A stretch of 64,000 nt of DNA from contig NC_068981.1 in assembly GCF_001194135.2 (NCBI RefSeq), positions 116,002,136-116,066,135 of the forward strand, in the 5' to 3' direction. The translations under genes and the position numbers were made by a program. The DNA is from Octopus bimaculoides. Taxonomy: Eukaryota. The notes beneath the pieces are model-generated. The model was not told the DNA's origin, made no database searches, and worked only from the letters and a program-made list of their open reading frames with translations. This document shows positions 48,291 through 61,717 of this stretch, piece by piece (position 1 is the first letter of the stretch; the number at the start of each line of letters is the position of its first letter).

Positions 48291-48896
48291 GTCCGTCCTC
48301 ATCTGAGAATACTGTTTGCTTTTAACCCGTTGACTTTCTCTCTCTCTTTTTAAGCAGAAACGGTGAAAAAGAAATTTATGAATTCACAGACTGAAAAATG
48401 GGACCTATTCTGAATGGATTCTCGTTTTGAGTTTAAATATTTAATGGTTTTGCAGCTGAAGTTGAGACAAGCTTCCATCAAGCATGGATCTTCCCTAGAA
48501 CTGTATGTGTTCATTTAAACATTTTGTATATTCGTTCTCTAAGAAAAGAACTCTCCTTTTTTAACAGGAGTGGAGTTGTATGAAATCATAAATGACAGAG
48601 AAATATTTAGATGAAGTTTTATTTAACAATTAAAAAAAATCCTAATATCACGACAAAACATGCAAATATCTTAGATTTAATAATAAAGTACTTACATGTC
48701 TGCATTAATGCAAAATGCAAACCATTCTTCCAAAATAATACAGAATTTGAGCTACGGCGTCAGGTGAAAGTAAATCTTTGTTACACTCCTTATACTTTTC
48801 TCTTCCACATTACAACATATTCTATATGTTTTGTACGATGATACATTAAGGAGGCTGTTTTGAGTACTACTGAATTACTTAGATCCATATATTGTG

Positions 48897-48940
<44 letters not shown>

Positions 48941-48949
48941 TGAAATTTA

Positions 48950-50520
48950 CAGAAAAACAAAAGACGAAGACAGGTGCATGAACAACAAGCAGGTGTATTA
49001 GTTTGACGCTGGAAAAGTGAGAAAGTACTTCACGTTTCGCGCTGACGCTCTTCAACAGAAAGGAATAGGAGAAAGTAAATAGGGAGAGAATAAAAAAAAA
49101 ACTTGTGGATTTAGCGATCAAGCATGGCGGCGAGTTGGGAAAAGAAGGTTTGACAGGAGAGGTAGAAAGAAGGGGAGATAATAAAGTATTGGTGATCCCA
49201 AAACAAAGGTGTGCGTGCGCGTGCGTATATGTGAGAATGTGTGTGTGTGTGTAGATAGGGGCTAATGACTTTGACGTGTGGATGCTTGCGTGTGTGTGTG
49301 TGTGCATCTGTAATGTGTAGGTGTGTTAATGTTGGAGTATGAGTGTGCGGATGATGGTGTGTGAGTTTGCAGGTGATAGTATATGGTGTGGATGATGGGA
49401 AGTAGTCACTGCTAGTGTGTGTTGTGTAGTGCTATGTGATGTGGTGGTGTGAGAGTTGGGTTGCGGATGTGGGTGGGAAAATGGGTGGAGATGTAGGTGT
49501 GGCGTGTGGGGGTGGGGGAGTAGGTTTAGGTAGAGATGTGGGTGGGAGGTGTAGGGGTTGGGGTCGGGTATGTTAGAGTTGGGTGTGTGGGTGTGAGCTG
49601 TAGGTGGAGGGGGTATAAATGAAGAGAGAAGGTATGTAGGAGTGAAGAGTGGAAGTAGGTGTCAGAGCATGAGAGAAGAGAAGTGGGTAGGAGTGAAGAG
49701 CGAAAGTAGGTGTCAGATGAAAAGAGGAGGGGAGGGGAGTCAGATGAAGAGAAGAGGGACATGTGGGCAAAGGAGGGAAGAGAGAAGATTAATTCATGTT
49801 CACAGCGAATGGCCTCTGTGCAAAGGCAATCCGAACACAGACAGGTGTTGTAATGAATAACTGGTAGAGCGGAAATGGCGCGAGGCCGGGGTGTTATTGC
49901 CGAGTCTAATGTCTTGGAGGAGCTCCACGAACCGGTCAGCCAAGCGGCGTCCCGTTTGACCGATTTACAGAGAAGGTCATAAAGAGAAGGAGATGCAGGA
50001 AATGAAGTTGCTAGAAGTGCAAATAAAGGAGTTGGTGATATGATAGGGACGATGATGAGTGTCTGTAAAGATGGTGGTGTTGGAGATGTCGAGGCAAGTA
50101 TGGCTAGATGCTTGGGCGGGAACAGGGGAACGAGCCAAGTTGGGAGGTGGGGTTAGAGAAGAAACTGTGGACCAGGGAGTGACGCAGGTTGTGGGCTCGT
50201 TTGAAAGAGGGAAGAGGTAAGTTGGGAAGATGTGCAAGGTGGAGGGGTCGGACTGGAATCGCCGGAAGGTTCGGAGACTGATGCCTTGAAGGGACAGAGT
50301 GGAGGGGTGGTAGGTGAGAAGAAACAGGAGACGGGCAACGGCGGGGTGGGGGCGGGGAAAGAGCAGAGACACAGTCCACGGAACGTGTTCTGGGAAGAGC
50401 TGCGTGGATAGTGGTGAGGGGATATCCACAAAGGATGAAGTGGTTAGCCATGAATTGAGACTGAGTCTCAAAGTCATGGTTGTCACTGCAGAGCCTAATA
50501 CCATGTTGATGAGTTTTCAC
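48950..50520 (-). mobile_element. 5'-truncated Neptune-type Penelope-like element (thumb, GIY-YIG, 3' pLTR)
   Basis: RLCSDNHDFETQSQFMANHFILCGYP; FPNLPLPSFKRAHNLRHSLVHS; GSFPCSRP; SFICTSSNFISCISFSL*PSL*IGQTGRRLADRF..L.DIRLGNNTP.SRHF; pyrimidine-rich UTR; variant hammerhead at 49028-49063. Confidence 0.9.
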
Positions 50521-52723
50521 CATACATCTCTGCCCACAAACTTTGCTAATACCTCATGTTTCTGTCTTTATTGTTAATAAAGTTGTTATAAGGTTATTGA
50601 CACTTTTATGTATTTATTTTGTTCTACATTATGACACTTATTGTAAGAATAATTGTCACAATCCGGTCAGCAGGGAATAGTTTATGCTTCAGTCTGGACC
50701 GCAAACCAAATGTGTTTGAGAATTATTGAGAGTCATTTGATAGGTGCTCTGATATGAAATTTTCGTTTAAGAGAGGTTTCGGTTATCCGGCTCTTGATTC
50801 TCATCAGATATTTAACTTTGGACAATTTAGAAAGAGGCAGACGTGTCTTATAAGCATATGACTATAATCCATTAAAGCACAGATATCTCTTGAACGATTA
50901 TCACGCGAAAAGATGGAACAACAACAACTATAGGAATAATATATATGTGTATGTGTGTGTGTGTGTGTGTGTATATGGCCATATGCTGTACATATGTACG
51001 CATGCATTTGGGTGGATGTTTATGCATATATATCAGTTAGTGCTGAACTAACTAGCGTTTAATGAAATCAGTTATATACAGTCATATTTAACATATACGG
51101 TACATTCGGATATGGAACGAAAATACGCTGCACAAGTTCTTTGTAGTGAAGAAATTCTCCTTGTAAACAATATGGATGTGAACACAACTCTCAGATATGA
51201 ATAATGGCAGTAGACAGTAGGGCGCATGAGTATCTGCATAATTACATTTTATCGTCTGCGTATATCTATCTGTCAGTTGCTCTTGTCAGCTGCTCTTGTA
51301 TAAGAATGACAAATGGAACATTTGCTGATGTGCGAAAAGCTTTATCAGGATCGAATAAATAAGTCAGAAGTGCAACTAAGCTGCGCTGAAGGAAATGTAG
51401 TTATGCACAGTCGTATTTGACATGTTCGTATACTTACGGACATGGAATGAGAATGTGGTCTCTAGTGAAGAAATTCTCTTTATATGCAATATGGGTGTAG
51501 TTGATGAAACGTAACAAACGCAGAAACGCATGAGAATTTTCTTCTCTCGAGATAACTTCTACAGGATTTTGTCCTACCATGTCCGAATGTCCTCGAACAT
51601 GTTATGACTGTACGTAACTATATTTCAGTCAACCCCACTTAACACGTCCCTAGATGAGTTATTTCAGCTTGATAAAGCTATTGGTGCATCAGTAAATGTA
51701 CCATTCGCTATGCTAATATAAGAGCGACCAACTCTAGATGACCATGAATGATGGCTCGGTATACATAGCCGATGAAGCAAGCGTATTGATGCAGAAACTC
51801 ATATATCCTACTCATGGTCTAGTGGTGTGTTTATACCAATATTGTCAATAAGGCGAATTGCTTCGATCGAGACACCTTTTGCAGTGTATTGTCTTTCTAT
51901 ATGTAAATGTTGACGAACATGTTAAATATGATTGTCCGTAACTTTATGCATGTGTATATGTTTGCGTGCTTGATTTGAAATTTATACATAAATATTCTAC
52001 GCACCATGAAAGAGTTTGTCCGTAATATTGGAATTTCCTCCCTCAGTAGCATACGAACGTACACAATACCATTAAATTCTTGCTTACACAGTCCACCTCC
52101 ATGGTTCCTGAGTTTTTGTATTTACTTAACAATTCACCCAGCCACATGCGCACATACACGTATATGCAACAAATATGTTTGCTTGTATGCGTTTCGTCTT
52201 ACACACTCAAACACACACACTCATATTATAGTGTGTCTTCTCCAACAATAATTATTTATTTTGACAATGTAAAGGAATATATATTACTTGTTTTCTTTAC
52301 ATTTACATGTAATGTTTCACATGTGGAAGAATTCAAATGGAAGGCGAATTGTGCTGAACGAAATGCATAGCAGTATATAATTACACCCTTTTATAGTAAC
52401 TCTCAAACACTCAGTTTGCATTGTTTTATTTCTGTAGAGTTGATAAACAATGTACCAGTAATACATAAGTTCCAGTCAATGAAATATGCATACCCCCTCA
52501 CAGTTATAAATCAATGTTGCTTTCGAAGACCGAAGTTGTGGTTGCTGTTCCACCCCGAAGTAGATTGAAATCAATCAAACATACGATGAATGCCGTTTAA
52601 GCTTTGCCTGTTCTCTCCATATTAATTTCCTGTATTGTATTGTTTAGTGTGTCTTTTTGAATTTTTAAAAAGTAATTATACTTTAATTTGAAGGAGATGT
52701 GGCTATTATTTTACGCGAAGTTA

Positions 52724-52937
52724 AAGCGGTGAACTGGCAGAATTGTTAGTACACCGTACAAAATACTCCGAGGCATTTCTTCCAGTTTTACATTGAAGTT
52801 CCGCAGAGGTCTATTTTGCCTTTAATCCTTCCAGGATCGATTAAAATAAGCGCCTGTCGAGCACTGGGGCCAATGTAACCGACTAGCACTCCCCACCACA
52901 CAGAATAAAATTATATGTGCCTATACTAGAAAGAATT
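52724..52937 (+). mobile_element. SINE family A
   Basis: gcggtgaactggcagaattgttagtac..ttttgcctttaatccttccaggatcgattaaaataag..gcactggggccaatgtaaccgact. Confidence 0.85.
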
Positions 52938-53569
52938 ACTTTAAGCATGTTCAGTGACCATATGAGCAATGTCCTTGTTGGTTAATCTTACAAAGCGGTA
53001 TAAAAACAAAAGTAGAGAACTGGAATAAATATGTAACAGCATTGATATTCGACTTGTGTAGATAAGAAATTCCACTTCAATAATGTTTATCTTTCTGTCA
53101 AAGAGTGTGGGTTCGAAATGTCAAAGGCTTTTCCATTTTTCCTGGGCGTCAAATTAATACACCTTCTTTGTTCTTCCCTGTCTCTGCCTTTTGTTTTTGC
53201 ACATTTGAACCATTTATCTTTCTATCATCCATAAAGTATATAGCTAGCATAAACATTTGTAGGACCATGTATGCACAAAAAAAATCATGGAATGTTCAGG
53301 AATCTAGTGGGTTGCAACTCTAAAACAAAATGGATGAATAAAATATTTTATGCAGGCTCAGAGAGAAAAGAAACTATGAGGGTGGCAGAAGAGAGACTAT
53401 GGCATGGGTTTGTCTTAAGTGGAGAGTGTATGAAATTAGTTGCTTTGAAGAGAAGTTACCATAGTGGAATAAAACAGAGATAGAGGGCATCTAGCAATGA
53501 TTGCTTACATTGGGCCAAAACAACGAAGGAAAAGATCATAGCCAGTTAAATCGACTCTAGTACAAGTAT

Positions 53570-53750
53570 TTCAATTTTAGGCACAAAGCCGGCAATGTTG
53601 GAGAGGGAATAACCGATAATATTTACCAACTACTTGACTGGTACTTTAACCCGGATGAATGAAAAGCAAAGGCAAGACTCAACTCAGAAGATTCGGAACA
53701 CAAACCGTTAGGTATTTCGGCTGACGCTCAGATGACTCTAATCACCCGCA
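53570..53750 (-). mobile_element. SINE family A, diverged
   Basis: aattttaggcacaaagccggcaa..ctggtacttt..gatgaatgaaaagcaaag..aactcagaa..ggtatttcg. Confidence 0.6.
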
Positions 53751-53756
53751 ATAAAC

Positions 53757-55075
53757 TGGTCAATTACTGAAATATGTAATGTTGACAGAAAAATACGAAA
53801 ACTGTTGACAATGCATAGAATGCACCACCCTAAGGCAGATATAGAACGTCTTTATCTGCCAAGAAAAGAGGGAGGCCGAGGACTTCTGCAGCTGGCATTA
53901 ACAATGAAGGTAGCCACAATTGGCCTAGACACCTATCTGAAAAACTCTGAGGACTGGATGCTAAAACTTGTCTCAAAACATGAAAGCAAGAAAGCATCTT
54001 ACTCAGTAACAAAACAGGCAAAGGAATATCTAAGTGAATTCCAATTGCAACAAATTCAAGAATTAGACGAACTAGAAACACCTGCAGNNNNNNNNNNNNN
54101 NNNNNNNNNNNNNNNNNNNNNNNNNNNNNNNNNNNNNNNNNNNNNNNNNNNNNNNNNNNNNNNNNNNNNNNNNNNNNNNNNNNNNNNNNNNNNNNNNNNN
54201 NNNNNNNNNNNNNNNNNNNNNNNNNNNNNNNNNNNNNNNNNNNNNNNNNNNNNNNNNNNNNNNNNNNNNNNNNNNNNNNNNNNNNNNNNNNNNNNNNNNN
54301 NNNNNNNNNNNNNNNNNNNNNNNNNNNNNNNNNNNNNNNNNNNNNNNNNNNNNNNNNNNNNNNNNNNNNNNNNNNNNNNNNNNNNNNNNNNNNNNNNNNN
54401 NNNNNNNNNNNNNNNNNNNNNNNNNNNNNNNNNNNNNNNNNNNNNNNNNNNNNNNNNNNNNNNNNNNNNNNNNNNNNNNNNNNNNNNNNNNNNNNNNNNN
54501 NNNNNNNNNNNNNNNNNNNNNNNNNNNNNNNNNNNNNNNNNNNNNNNNNNNNNNNNNNNNNNNNNNNNNNNNNNNNNNNNNNNNNNNNNNNNNNNNNNNN
54601 NNNNNNNNNNNNNNNNNNNNNNNNNNNNNNNNNNNNNNNNNNNNNNNNNNNNNACCAAAAACTGAGCAAATATAAAGATCTTGAAATAGAAATTAGCAAA
54701 ATGTGGAATCTGAAGACGAAAACAATACCTATTGTCATAGGTGCCCTGGGAATGACAGCGAAACGGGCTGATTACTACCTAGCTCAGATACCAGGAAACC
54801 CCAAAATGGCTGAAGTTCAAAAGATAGTGCTCATAGGAACTGCCGATATCCTACGTAAAATACTGTCTATGTGATCTCAAATTTTAAAACAAACACATAA
54901 TTTTCTTATGGTTTCTTAAACATTCACTAGAACAAAACTGTACAAATCCAAATATATAGTACCCAAGGCATAACACCTACATGAACTTCTAACTTGTCTC
55001 TTGAGGTCTCTGGGTGAGACTTGGATCCAACTTGTACAAATGCAAAACAAAAGTCAAACATAAAATAATAATAAT
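53757..55075 (+). mobile_element. Young 5'-truncated R4/Dong LINE spanning an N gap
   Basis: DRKIRKLLTMHRMHHPKADIERLYLPRKEGGRGLLQL (open up to the gap at 54088); after the gap QKLSKYKDLEIEISKMWNLKTKTIPIVIGALG..GTADILRKILSM* (stop 54872-74); 3' UTR ending in (TAA)n. Confidence 0.93.
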
Positions 55076-55452
55076 TTCAAATTTTGACACAGGGCCAGCA
55101 ATTTTATGCAAGGGGTAAGTCGGTTACATCAACCCCAGTACTCAACTGGTACTTATTTTATGAACCCCGAAAAGATGAAATGCAAAGTTGACCTTGGTGG
55201 AATTTGAACTCAGAACGTAAAGATGGACGAAATGTCGCTAAGCATTTTGTGCGACGTCCTAGTGATTCTGCCAGCTCCCCACCCTAATAATTCTGCCTAC
55301 TTAGCCACCCTAATAATAGTGATAATGGCTTTAAATTTTGGCAAAGCCAACAGTTTTAGTGTAATAGGATAAGTCAATTACATCATTCCCACTATTTGAC
55401 TTTTACTTATTTTATTTAAGACAAAGAATAAAAGATAAAGTCGACTTCGGCA
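55070..55452 (-). mobile_element. SINE family A, full copy (55070-55284) plus adjacent 3' fragment (55330-55452)
   Basis: gtcggttacatcaaccccagtactcaactggtacttattttat..ttgaactcagaacgtaaag..gattctgccagctc. Confidence 0.88.
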
Positions 55453-55479
55453 TGTTTATTCAACTCTTTCAACTTCTAC

Positions 55480-55830
55480 AGCAATTACCAGAGAGCCCAT
55501 ACCCTACAAAATTGACGAGAAGATACCCTTGATTAAGCGAGCGCGCGAATATATTCTGGAGCAATCCAGCCTCTAAATATAGGTATGAAACCGACCACTT
55601 TTAGGCAAGCGATGCTCGGACTCTAATCAAAAGATTTTGACTGATCCATATTCACCAGTGCCTTTACTGAAGCCACGTCTGTTTCCTACCTTATATATGT
55701 CATCTCGGATGAAATGGAAGTTGTCGTGGATGGATCTATTGAGGATCATTCATGTTTTTTTCCGACGAGATCACTGAAGTTTTATCTCAGCAGCGCTACC
55801 ATTTTTCGGCTCACAGTTCTCCCGTTCTGC
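55480..55830 (-). mobile_element. L1/Tx1-clade LINE, RT fragment
   Basis: RSIHDNFHFIRD..KVGN / ALVNMDQSKSFD / LKVVGFIPIFRGWIA resembles L1/Tx1 RT (RSI.DN, LDQ.KAFDRV). Confidence 0.75.
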
Positions 55831-57524
55831 TACTAGTTAGGGTAGACTTAATAGTTCTATATTATTTTTAACATAGGAAAACATCACACACTTGGTGAGA
55901 GATGTATAATCAATAAAATCAGTGAGTTCTTATTAATTCAATGAAAACGGTAGGATGAAAGTCAAAGGAGACACTTATGGAATTTAGTCACATAACAATG
56001 CCACAGAGTATTCACTGACAGTATATTGGTTCATGGGCTGCCCAGAATGGCCGCCAAATCACCTTGAAATGATACACTAACATTATAAAAAAAAGGAAAG
56101 AAACATTGAATGGTTGGAATGCTTTTTGATCATAAATTTGCACAGTCGTAACTGAGCTGAGGATGAACAAGTATAACAAAACATTTTGCAGGCGTTCTAT
56201 TGATTCTCTCGTTCTGTACATTATTGAGGAAGGTGGGGGGAGAAGAGGAAAATAAGCATTGACTATCATTCACAGCTGCTGAACAATAAAGTCACCATTG
56301 GTCAGTTACCTCTCGCATTATAAGTAGATCTGGCGGAGTTGATAGAAGTAAACCGAACAGCGTTTACAAATCGAAGATTATATATTAATTTCCATAAGTA
56401 TATGGTGCAGTATTACTACTGGCGAACGTTTTCGGCTGTCGGGAGACGATACTTTTGAACTGTGGTGTCAAAAGTTAGATGTGTCAAAGAATAAAGGTGA
56501 ATAACGTAATGCTCTCCCAATACTCTCGTTCAATGTTTATGGATTGCTAACTTTTTGTGATTTTATTCGACCGCTGCTATCATGTTTAGAATATATCTGG
56601 CTGCATAGAAAACCCTGAGAGGATTGCCTAAGTTCCTTCTTAATCGCTGGTAAAGGGTCATCGTTCTTCAACTAAACTTTCATCAACTTCTTTAAGTATA
56701 ATATATAAATCCGTATATATCATATACCTATGTACATATATTATATATAATTAAATAAATATACTTCGTCTTTGTAAGCCACCAGATAGTCAATCGACAA
56801 CCGAAAACGTACGCTAGTAGTAATACTGGATCGTGTTCTTTTGTTAATTATATATAATCTCCGATTTGAAAACGCTGTACGGTTTATCTCTCTCAATACC
56901 CTCCATCGATACTACATAGAATGTAAGAGGCAACTTGAAGATCTGAACCAAACCAGACCCCAAGCAATTCAACCAGTTCTGGTATATACTTTCTTGAAAA
57001 CATTCCCCTCGTTTGCCCAAATCTCACTGTTTTTTTTTTCCGTTGGAATACTTTTTCTTTTCCTTTTCTTTTCATTAACGATTTTTGCTAATTAGGTTCA
57101 TCGTCCTCACTTTCACCACTCGACCTGACGTGACTGCATAATGTGATTTAGGATGGGCATGTCATAGGTTGCTGTTCTGTTGTTGTTCTAGAGTTTACAG
57201 ACGCTTTATTCTGTGAGGTGGTGGCTCTTGATAACGGTAATTCTTCTGATGTTTTTGTTGATGTTGCGGCCTCTTGTTTTTGCTGCTGCTGCTACTGCTG
57301 CTGCTGCTGCTGCTGCTTCAGTTGCTGCTGAGGTTGTTACTGCTGTTACGGGTATTGTTGCAGTCGCTGCCTGTGGACTTAACCAGAAGAAACATTTCCC
57401 CTTCTACGGGTTATCACACTTTTGTGGGCGTGTTTTAGTGTCACCGTGAATTCATACATGGTGTACCCTTATTAGACGAGCAGTCATGATGGGTATATTG
57501 GGTTTCACATATTTGTACCACAAA

Positions 57525-57676
57525 TACATCGATCCCAGTATTTCACTGGCTCTTAATTTATCAACTCCTAAAGGATGAAAGGCCAAGTCGACCTCAGCAG
57601 AATTTGATCTCAGAACGTGCAGTCGGATGAAATGCCGCTAAGCATTTTGTCCGCCGTGTTACCGGTTCTACTAGTT
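57525..57676 (-). mobile_element. SINE family A
   Basis: tacatcgatcccagta..aaaggatgaaaggccaagtcgacctcagcagaatttgatctcagaacg..gatgaaatgccgctaagcatttt. Confidence 0.85.
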
Positions 57677-57769
57677 ATTTCTAACATAGGGAAAACTCCA
57701 CAAACTCCACGTTCGCGGAAGCGACGTGTTCCACTGGTTAGGTGCCCCATTTGTTATCAGCACCAGCTA

Positions 57770-58617
57770 AATGGAGGACTGGGCATAGCGTGGCTGATTA
57801 TGCGTAGATATGCGTTGAAGCTGTGACATCTCCAGAGTTTCCTTGACGGCGAACAGTGTGCCTGTCGTTGTTTGTCAGACTTGCTTTTCCACAGCGCGTT
57901 ATTTGACTGAGTTGCATCGAGTTTAGACCAAGGCAGGATTCCTGTCACTTAGATTGTCGACCAACGCTCACAGCCCTCAAACTGTAGGGCTGTGAGATGC
58001 ATGGTAGATGTTTCACTTTGGCGTTCGACAGAGTTTTAATGACAGGCAAGAACAACGACGTTCTTGGAAAATCTCTAGGAATGTACGAGGAGCGATAGGC
58101 TGGTCTGTTCCGGGGGACACACGGGCCAGACTCCTGAATAATCTTTAGAAATCTCTTTCCTGGCTGAGCTACCAGAGCGCATTACCGGTTTGTGAAAAAC
58201 TCTACAGGCATGGAGGTACCGAGAGTCCAGACCTGGTCGAGATGCACACAGAGCAACGATATTGTTCTGCACGTACTAGTCCAATGTCCTGCTATTGCTG
58301 ATGTGTGAAGTTATGACGAACACCTGCAATCGCGTGTTGGCTGGATAGGCTATCAGCTAGGTCTATCACGAGGATTGTCCTATCGCCTTCTTTTGGCCAA
58401 GGACAGGCAATGATCTGTTTGGTGGCCTTAGCGAAAGATGTTATTTGTGAATCAGACACCTTCCTCTTTGGACAAGCCCTCATCAAATTGTACAAGCTTC
58501 ACTTGAGAAAGAAAGCGAGTGTGGGGAGAGGAAATGCCTTCCAGTATTTTTGTTGAAACATGGGTGAGAGGAACAAGAATGGTCCGAGTGAAAGATCTTG
58601 CTCTGAGGGCGATCATA
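57770..58617 (+). mobile_element. L1/Tx1-clade LINE, 3' fragment (zf-RVT-like region)
   Basis: KSLSWLSYQSALPVCEKLYRHG / TWSRCTQSNDIVLHVLVQCPAIADV (decayed CxxC..HxxxxC). Confidence 0.75.
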
Positions 58618-58619
58618 GT

Positions 58620-58750
58620 TCATGAAATTTGGCGGGAGGGGCTAGATGAATACATTGACTCTAGAGCTTAAGTGGTATTTATTTTATCGATCTAGAAAGT
58701 TTGAAATGCAAAGTCGACGTCGGTAGTATTTGAACGCGTTTAACGTAAAT
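58620..58750 (-). mobile_element. SINE family A, 3' fragment
   Basis: gaaatttggcgggagggg..atttattttatcga..gcaaagtcgacgtcgg..tttgaac. Confidence 0.65.
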
Positions 58751-58784
58751 GGTAATGATCATTATCCATATTAGAAAGCATAAC

Positions 58785-58847
<63 letters not shown>

Positions 58848-58868
58848 AATTATTATTATTATTATTAA

Positions 58869-58926
<58 letters not shown>

Positions 58927-58965
58927 ATTATTATTATTACTATAATAATAATTATTATTATTCCT
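58785..58965. repeat. (ATT)n microsatellite
   Basis: Directly visible. Confidence 0.95.
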
Positions 58966-59588
58966 TAAATAGTATTCAAATTTGCTCAGATATTTTACCA
59001 GATAGTGGAATATAATATTTCAAATTCTGGATCACTTTTTTTTGGCTACTTGGTCCACATTAAAGAAGATGCATTCTAACACAGAATAGGATATAGGGAG
59101 ATTTCAATCTGAGATATGAAGCAGTTATCGAAATATTTATAACACACTTAAAGGGGCTACACTACGATATTGGAGAATTTTCCGATTTGTGTTAAGCCGA
59201 AAGGTAGAGTTATTCAGTTCAATTCAATTTATTGAAATGCCGTGAAAACACAGCGAATGACACATTTCGTCATTATCCTTTTGTAAGCATTTTCCCATAT
59301 GTGCATACACACACACACACACACTATAACGCGTAATAGGCACGTACACACAGAAACACACATGCTCACATGCATACATACACATGCATATAGAGTAACG
59401 AATAAATATATGCGGATGGAAATAAATGCGCACAAATCAGATCTCTCTTTTACTCTCCTTTGCTTTCCCTTTCTCTCTGTGCATTTCTCTGTCTCGCTGT
59501 TTCTCCCTCGGTAATAATATAGAGACACAGAGAGACAGATAGATAGAAAGACATACATACATACATACATACATACATNNNNNNNNNN

Positions 59589-59633
<45 letters not shown>

Positions 59634-60028
59634 TAGAGGGACAGAAAGACATATATTATATATATTATAGGAAGGGTTTAAGACACAGGTGATCCAAACC
59701 AATAGTTACGCTGTGTGAGTGCTCCAATTGATAAGCTACTAGGATCGGAGTTCACAACTGGGTCTGGAGTTGGGGATCCGTAGCTTACTTCCGAGTCAGC
59801 GGGTGAGATATTGTTAACAACATTATTATCTAATTTTGCTTAACTCGATTCACTGTTATAATAATTAAAATAATTTTAATGATCTGATAAGCTTGCCTTG
59901 GTTTTGTTTTTCCTCTTTCTTTAATTTATATATATTGCGGGGGGCGTAAACAAACTAACACTGATTGTCAAGTAGAGATGGGCGATAAACACACACAAAA
60001 ATACAAATACACACATTCACACACACAA

Positions 60029-60080
<52 letters not shown>

Positions 60081-60611
60081 NNNNNNNNNNNNNNNNNNNN
60101 NNNNNNNNNNNNNNNNNNNNNNNNNNNNNNNNNNNNNNNNNNNNNNNNNNNNNNNNNNNNNNNNNNNNNNNNNNNNNNNNNNNNNNNNNNNNNNNNNNNN
60201 NNNNNNNNNNNNNNNNNNNNNNNNNNNNNNNNNNNNNNNNNNNNNNNNNNNNNNNNNNNNNNNNNNNNNNNNNNNNNNNNNNNNNNNNNNNNNNNNNNNN
60301 NNNNNNNNNNNNNNNNNNNNNNNNNNNNNNNNNNNNNNNNNNNNNNNNNNNNNNNNNNNNNNNNNNNNNNNNNNNNNNNNNNNNNNNNNNNNNNNNNNNN
60401 NNNNNNNNNNNNNNNNNNNNNNNNNNNNNNNNNNNNNNNNNNNNNNNNNNNNNNNNNNNNNNNNNNNNNNNNNNNNNNNNNNNNNNNNNNNNNNNNNNNN
60501 NNNNNNNNNNNNNNNNNNNNNNNNNNNNNNNNNNNNNNNNNNNNNNNNNNNNNNNNNNNNNNNNNNNNNNNNNNNNNNNNNNNNNNNNNNNNNNNNNNNN
60601 NNNNNNNNNNN

Positions 60612-60656
<45 letters not shown>

Positions 60657-60717
60657 ATACACGACGGGTTTCAGTTTCGGATTGTATGTGTATGTGTTTG
60701 AATGTGTGCATGTATAC

Positions 60718-60905
60718 ACTACCACATGACAACTGGTGCTGGTTTCTTTGTGTCCCTGTAACTTAGCGGTTCGTCTGAATGAGTAGGATAGGGACTAGGC
60801 TAGGCTTGCAAAAGAAGTACTGGAGTCGATCCATTCGACTAAGAGTTCTTCAAATCGAAGTTCCAGCATGGCCACAGTCTTATGACTGAAACGGATGATA
60901 AAAGG
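60718..60905 (+). mobile_element. SINE family B, 3' half
   Basis: gacaactggtgctgg..ccctgtaacttagcggttcg..ctggagtcgatccattcgactaa..ccagcatggccacagtc..tgactgaaac. Confidence 0.82.
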
Positions 60906-61354
60906 TACATATATATGTATATATATGCGTGTACAATAGACGACGAAATGTAAAAAAATACCAGTTCTTTGCATTTACGCTTTACATTGAATACTTTATA
61001 TTGTGAGGTGGGTAGAGAGTAAAAGAGACGTTGAAAATTAGAGGTGCAGTACGAGTGCACATACTTGGCTCATGGAGATAAAGGAGGAGGGGAGGTGGTT
61101 GTGTAGAGGATGTAAATGACAGACTTGCTAAGGAAGGATTTATGAGAAATGTTATGTTTAATTTATTGGTAATAACTAATGTTGTTGTTTCTCTCTTTTT
61201 TTTTCAGGAAACTTGTATTCATTGCATGATTTTGTATAAGCACCAAAAAAAATTCCTAAAAGTAAAAATATAATTATTGCTGGCATGCACTATTTCCTGT
61301 TATTACCTGCGGTGGTAAATGTATACTTACCAAATTATCCGTCCTAGTATTCCT

Positions 61355-61389
<35 letters not shown>

Positions 61390-61460
61390 CACGCACACAC
61401 TGATACACACACATACACACACACACATGCACGCACACACTGATACACATACATACACAC

Positions 61461-61546
61461 ACAAACCGCTTAGTTACGGTGATGTAAATACACCAGCACC
61501 AGTTGCCAAGCGATGGTGAGGTGACAAGTGCAGACACAAAGGCACG

Positions 61547-61633
<87 letters not shown>

Positions 61634-61634
61634 C

Positions 61635-61670
<36 letters not shown>

Positions 61671-61717
61671 CGTATATATATTTATATATACGATGGGCTG
61701 ATGGGCTTCTTTCATCT
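61461..61717 (-). mobile_element. SINE family B, central part with expanded internal (CA)n/(TA)n
   Basis: aaccgcttagttacggtgatgtaaatacaccagcaccagttgccaagcgatggtg..(CA)n(TA)n..atgggcttctttca. Confidence 0.8.

Noticed and set aside
48320-48335. piggyBac-like TTAA-CCC ends (also at about 61902 and 63898)
   Set aside because: No matching opposite terminus or transposase found
50745-50815. Hammerhead on the minus strand (atat-CUGAUGAG...GAAA)
   Set aside because: The core heptamer is canonical, but neither downstream GAAA gives a paired stem II base; too decayed to call
57213-57449. Signal-peptide-like poly-Ala ORF
   Set aside because: Built on a (GCT)n/(GTT)n microsatellite; no splice or homology support
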